From the IMG/VR virus record IMGVR_UViG_3300033146_000958: a stretch of 20,000 bases of DNA; one strand, written 5' to 3'. Numbering within the stretch: position 1 is the stretch's first letter; each line of letters opens with the position of its first letter. Below, one piece after another: positions 16,388 to 20,000 of the stretch. This stretch comes from an uncultured virus (IMG/VR IMGVR_UViG_3300033146_000958). Its lineage: Duplodnaviria > Heunggongvirae > Uroviricota > Caudoviricetes. Below the pieces are notes generated by a model. The model made no database searches. It was not told the origin of the DNA and saw only the letters and a program-made list of their open reading frames with translations. The position numbers and the translations under genes are program-made.

Positions 16388-18289
16388 ATGAATATAAACC
16401 CAATTGAATTAATGAGAAAAATAACGAAGACAATAATCACAAATAACTTTCCAGGTAATATTCTTCTCGATGGAAAAAATTGTTGGTTAGGTCCAGAAGG
16501 AAGTAGTAAATCTACACAACTAATGAATTTATCAATAAATACTATACGAGAAACTAAAGGTAAATGTTTATTCTTTTTAAATAATACAATTGAAGAAACG
16601 GAAGAGTCTAATAAAAAACTTAATAAAATAAATGAATTGAAAGAAGGACCCGTTAATTTAGGAAGTATATTTAATTGTAGATCAACATCAGAAATAACTC
16701 GTCTTGCGTTTGCGAATAAAAGTCCTAGATTTTTTAAATCATTAAAAAAGAAACGAACAGGAAGAGAACAACTTCATATACAAACTTGTTTTAAATATAA
16801 AACACATAGATTAAAACAAGTTCAAACATATGATGGTGATTATAATTATGAATATAATAATGATGATGGCGATTTACAAAGATCCTTTAGACAAATTAAT
16901 TGGAAATTTTCAAAAGATGGATGGAAAAAAACTACATATGATATGATAATTATTATTTCTCATGATGGAAGTGAAGTTAATTTTACAGAATTAGATAAAG
17001 AATTTGAATTCATAGAACAACTAACTATAAACGGACACGGAAAACAATTTTTTAAATGTGCAGTACAAAGAAGAAAACATATTGAAAGTATATTAAATAA
17101 AAATCAAGAAGTTGTATTCTTTTCACAAATAGATCTTAAAAAAATAGGAAAAGAAATACGAAATACTAAAGATACTTTAAATAACATAATATTGAACCAT
17201 AATAAAAATTCAAATAGTATTGTAATAAATGTCCAACATGAGAAAATGGATTCTATATTAAAATCAATAGAAAAATTACCAGAAGAAAGACAAAAATATA
17301 TTTATGACAATTTTATATTTATAGTAGATGAACTTCCAATAAATAAAAATACTACTTTCACTTTAGATAAACTTGGAGAATATGCAAAAGCGTTAGTAAC
17401 ACCCCCTTCAGAAAGAAATGATACTGAATATCAACTAATGAAAAATGTTAGTAAAGATATTCAAGAAAAATATCTTAATGAAATTAATAGTGTTAATGAC
17501 CCAATTAAAAGTCTACCGATTGTTGTTGATATGTTTCATAATGATATGGATGCGTTTATTACTCCAGTTCCTATTTTTAGATCATATGGTTCTTCTCGGG
17601 TAAGTCCTTTGTTAGATAAATTAAATAATGTTGTAATTCTTACTACTGAACGATTAGGAACTGCGTTTATTCATAAATATGGTTTTAAAATATATGAATA
17701 TTATCATAATGATAATTCTTATATATATGATAATATTACAATTACTGCAGTTAATAATCAAAAATATGATACTACTAAAAAAAATAAATCTATTATTAAA
17801 AATATTGTCAATACATTAAGAAGTGATGATTGTTTTCAAATAGGAAATTCTATATTAGGATGTGATTCTACAATAGAAGCAATTAAAGGATCTAATAAAT
17901 TATATGAGAATCCTGATTTAAAAACATTGATTATTTATTTATCTCCACCTCATCCTAATAAAACTGCAGATACTTATATGGAATATAAAGATGTTGATAA
18001 TAAAAAGAATTTATTTAATACTTTTGCGATCCAAGATAGAATAGATGATATCAATCAGATGGTTGGAAGAGTAGCAGGTCCTAGAAGTAAGTATAGAAAA
18101 GTATTAAAGAAAAATTTTGAAGATAAAGTAAAATTTAAATATTCAGGAGCATCAAGTCAATATATTAAAAAAGATATGTGGGACGATATTAATATTCATA
18201 TAATCTATTCTAATTGTGATAATATAACTCGTGAAGCTTTGAATCATACTAGATATCTTAAAAAAGGATTTGAAACTAATTATATATAA
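16388..18289 (+). CDS. Divergent SF2-helicase-like protein, candidate origin-binding/initiator protein
   Basis: Walker A-like LGPEGSSKST (about 16490-16516), motif Ia-like LFFLNNT, Walker B FIFIVDE (17312-17332), motif III-like VILTT, motif V-like IKGSN, motif VI INQMVGR (about 18050-18070). Confidence 0.55.
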   Translation: MNINPIELMRKITKTIITNNFPGNILLDGKNCWLGPEGSSKSTQLMNLSINTIRETKGKCLFFLNNTIEETEESNKKLNKINELKEGPVNLGSIFNCRSTSEITRLAFANKSPRFFKSLKKKRTGREQLHIQTCFKYKTHRLKQVQTYDGDYNYEYNNDDGDLQRSFRQINWKFSKDGWKKTTYDMIIIISHDGSEVNFTELDKEFEFIEQLTINGHGKQFFKCAVQRRKHIESILNKNQEVVFFSQIDLKKIGKEIRNTKDTLNNIILNHNKNSNSIVINVQHEKMDSILKSIEKLPEERQKYIYDNFIFIVDELPINKNTTFTLDKLGEYAKALVTPPSERNDTEYQLMKNVSKDIQEKYLNEINSVNDPIKSLPIVVDMFHNDMDAFITPVPIFRSYGSSRVSPLLDKLNNVVILTTERLGTAFIHKYGFKIYEYYHNDNSYIYDNITITAVNNQKYDTTKKNKSIIKNIVNTLRSDDCFQIGNSILGCDSTIEAIKGSNKLYENPDLKTLIIYLSPPHPNKTADTYMEYKDVDNKKNLFNTFAIQDRIDDINQMVGRVAGPRSKYRKVLKKNFEDKVKFKYSGASSQYIKKDMWDDINIHIIYSNCDNITREALNHTRYLKKGFETNYI

Positions 18290-19025
18290 TAAACCGGTAC
18301 ATACTATAAAATATTCTCCGACGTAATATAACTCATACGAACAATAATTAATCGGAGAATAATTGATATGTTTTTAATTTATTAAATAAAAAATGACTTA
18401 TTATTATCATAATTGAAAAATCCGAAATCTTTCTTGAAATATAACCAAAATATATCTTTAATAGTTTTTGAAATTATTATTATTTTTTAAAAATAAGATT
18501 TTGAAAAGAAAAAAAGAAAAATTTAAAATTTTTAGTTTGAAAAAGTTCATTTTTATTATATATAAATATTATTTGAATTATTATAAGTTATATTTCAATA
18601 ACTTTTTTTTAAAACTATTATTTGAATTATTATAAGTTATATTTCAATAACTTCTTTTTAACTATTATTTGAATTATTATAAGTTATATTTCAATAACTT
18701 TTTTAAAACTATTATTTGAATTATTATAAGTTATATTTCAATAACTCTTTTAAAACTATTATTTGAATTATTATAAGCAAGCTGGCGCTTGAGCTATACA
18801 GTCCGTCTCAGGGCGTGAACGCCCTTCGTCTCTGTGAACTAAAATTTATTTAAATTTGATTTTATTTATTTAAGTTATTAAAGTTATTTTGGTACATCAT
18901 AAATTTGCGAATAACTTTTCAAAAACCAGGGTCTAACGACCCTAGTTTCCTCAAAGATTCTCTGCATTAATGAATACAGTATACCGGTATTTGATTACTA
19001 TTATTAAAGTATTGAATAAAATTAA
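18290..19025. other. Candidate replication origin / control region
   Basis: About 740 bp non-coding in an otherwise gene-dense window: extreme AT tract, then repeats, then GC-rich hairpins; lies directly downstream of the helicase-like gene. Confidence 0.45.
18567..18777. repeat. Tandem direct repeats, 37-bp identical core with 47-49-bp period (4 full copies plus 1 partial); candidate iterons
   Basis: TATTATTTGAATTATTATAAGTTATATTTCAATAACT at 18567, 18616, 18663 and 18710; first 21 bp again at 18757; linkers of 10-12 bp (TTTTTTTAAAAC, TCTTTTTAAC, TTTTTAAAAC, CTTTTAAAAC). Confidence 0.95.
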
Positions 19026-19039
19026 AAAGGAGATTAAAT

Positions 19040-19573
19040 ATGGCTAATGATACTAAAACTCATCTGGTTCATCAGTATAAAAGGGTAGTAGATTTAATTG
19101 AACAACATACAAAGAAAATTGAATCATTAGAAGATAAATTAAATGATGATCCTTTAATGAAAAACCTCAAACACAGTAAAAAATCATTAAAACTAGAACA
19201 AATAGAATTAAAAAAATTATCAGATGAAATTATTAATTATACGAAAGAAAAAAATATTAATAAAATTATTGGTAAAGAATTTGATTTAATATTAAAAACT
19301 GAAATCACTAATACTTATCCATATGCGGGACATAAAACAAGAACTGAGTTTGAAAATTTTTTAAAGAAAAATAATTATTGGAATGATGTAGCTACTTTAA
19401 ATATTAAAATGTTTTCCAATTTAATTAAAAAAGGAAAACTTGATCCTTCAAAATTTTCTAAATATGAAATAGAGGAAGTTACTAAAAATATAGTTTTAGA
19501 AGAACATATTGATGATATAGAAATTAACATTAATCCAGTTAAGAAGAATGTTTCAGAAGATTTGCCATTTTAG
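19040..19573 (+). CDS. Hypothetical protein with N-terminal coiled coil and SSB-like C-terminal tail (EDLPF)
   Basis: 177 aa, AAGGAG RBS, ends in SEDLPF, followed by a terminator. Confidence 0.75.
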   Translation: MANDTKTHLVHQYKRVVDLIEQHTKKIESLEDKLNDDPLMKNLKHSKKSLKLEQIELKKLSDEIINYTKEKNINKIIGKEFDLILKTEITNTYPYAGHKTRTEFENFLKKNNYWNDVATLNIKMFSNLIKKGKLDPSKFSKYEIEEVTKNIVLEEHIDDIEININPVKKNVSEDLPF

Positions 19574-19576
19574 AAC

Positions 19577-19616
19577 AAAAAAAAGACACATATAAAACTT
19601 CTATATGTGTCTTTTT
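19577..19616. terminator. Bidirectional intrinsic terminator
   Basis: AAAAAGACACATATA (19580-19594) / TATATGTGTCTTTTT (19602-19616) between convergent genes. Confidence 0.85.
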
Positions 19617-19620
19617 GGTA

Positions 19621-19998
19621 TTATGATAACATCGGTTCAAAATATTTAATTTCAACCATCAACTCAAACATATCCATTGAATTCCTTCTGGGAATTCCCA
19701 TTGATCCTGCAAGTTCAAGGAGTTCTGGTCTTGACATATCTTCAAGAATGATGTTTCCATTTTTGATGTCTTTTTTAACATCATCAGCAATAGTTATCTG
19801 CACATCTTTCATAATAAAACGTTTGTGTTCATTTTTTTGTGCAACAGTCAATGAATTATAAGATTCATCTGATTCCAAATCAGAAATCAACTTCGCAGCA
19901 GCTGCACTTATAAGACCGGAACTAGTAGTAACAACTACCGTTCCACCCACCATTCCAGTACCACCTGCTGCTATTGCGCCTCCTCCTAACGCAGCAAG
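19621..19998 (-). CDS. Partial CDS (start beyond the window): glycine-zipper-like hydrophobic segment plus C-terminal Rho-N/HeH-like domain
   Basis: The frame stays open past 19953: LAALGGGAIAAGGTGMVGGTVVV. C-terminal LEDMSRPELLELAGSMGI..RNSM.MFEL..EI resembles the Rho N-terminal helix-extension-helix motif. Confidence 0.65.
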   Translation of the reverse strand, partial: LAALGGGAIAAGGTGMVGGTVVVTTSSGLISAAAAKLISDLESDESYNSLTVAQKNEHKRFIMKDVQITIADDVKKDIKNGNIILEDMSRPELLELAGSMGIPRRNSMDMFELMVEIKYFEPMLS

Positions 19999-20000
19999 AG

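Noticed and set aside
18567..18777. CRISPR (or TIGR-like) array, given the 37-bp repeat and ATTGAAAT on the minus strand
   Set aside because: The intervening sequences are only 10-12 bp and nearly identical T/A tracts, not unique spacers, and no cas-like gene is visible in the window.
18778..18950. tRNA gene in the GC-rich patch
   Set aside because: No cloverleaf, T-loop (GTTCRA) or acceptor stem could be identified on either strand.
5475..19861. Short ORF-track calls 5475-5681, 6898-7083, 10215-10397, 11373-11555, 12290-12517, 13970-14164 and 19607-19861
   Set aside because: They are antisense or alternate-frame shadows of well-supported genes, with no convincing RBS or motifs.
1..20000. 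Stop-codon reassignment, as found in some large phages
   Set aside because: Genes are full length in the standard code; TGA ends coupled genes and a TAG at 19571-19573 is directly followed by a terminator.

Overview
Very AT-rich, gene-dense window that looks like part of a large (jumbo-type, T4-like replisome) tailed phage genome. It carries a replication/repair module (family B DNA polymerase with an N-terminal family-4 uracil-DNA glycosylase domain, clamp loader, probable sliding clamp, primase, 5'-3' flap exonuclease, DEDD exonuclease, RuvC-like resolvase, LigD-type 3'-phosphoesterase), a T4 gp13-like neck protein, nucleotide-handling genes (NDT-family and DUF1599/Nmad1-like) and a CCA-adding enzyme with an HD domain. 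Three things stand out. (1) The UDG-PolB fusion. (2) A divergent SF2-helicase-like 633-aa protein followed by an AT-rich tract, about 4.5 copies of a 47-49-bp tandem repeat and GC-rich hairpins, a candidate initiator plus iteron origin. (3) An unannotated 45-aa basic peptide downstream of the CCA enzyme, with a terminator-like hairpin before its own stop codon, resembling the ArfA/BrfA non-stop ribosome-rescue architecture. All family calls come from motif recognition by eye; no searches were run.
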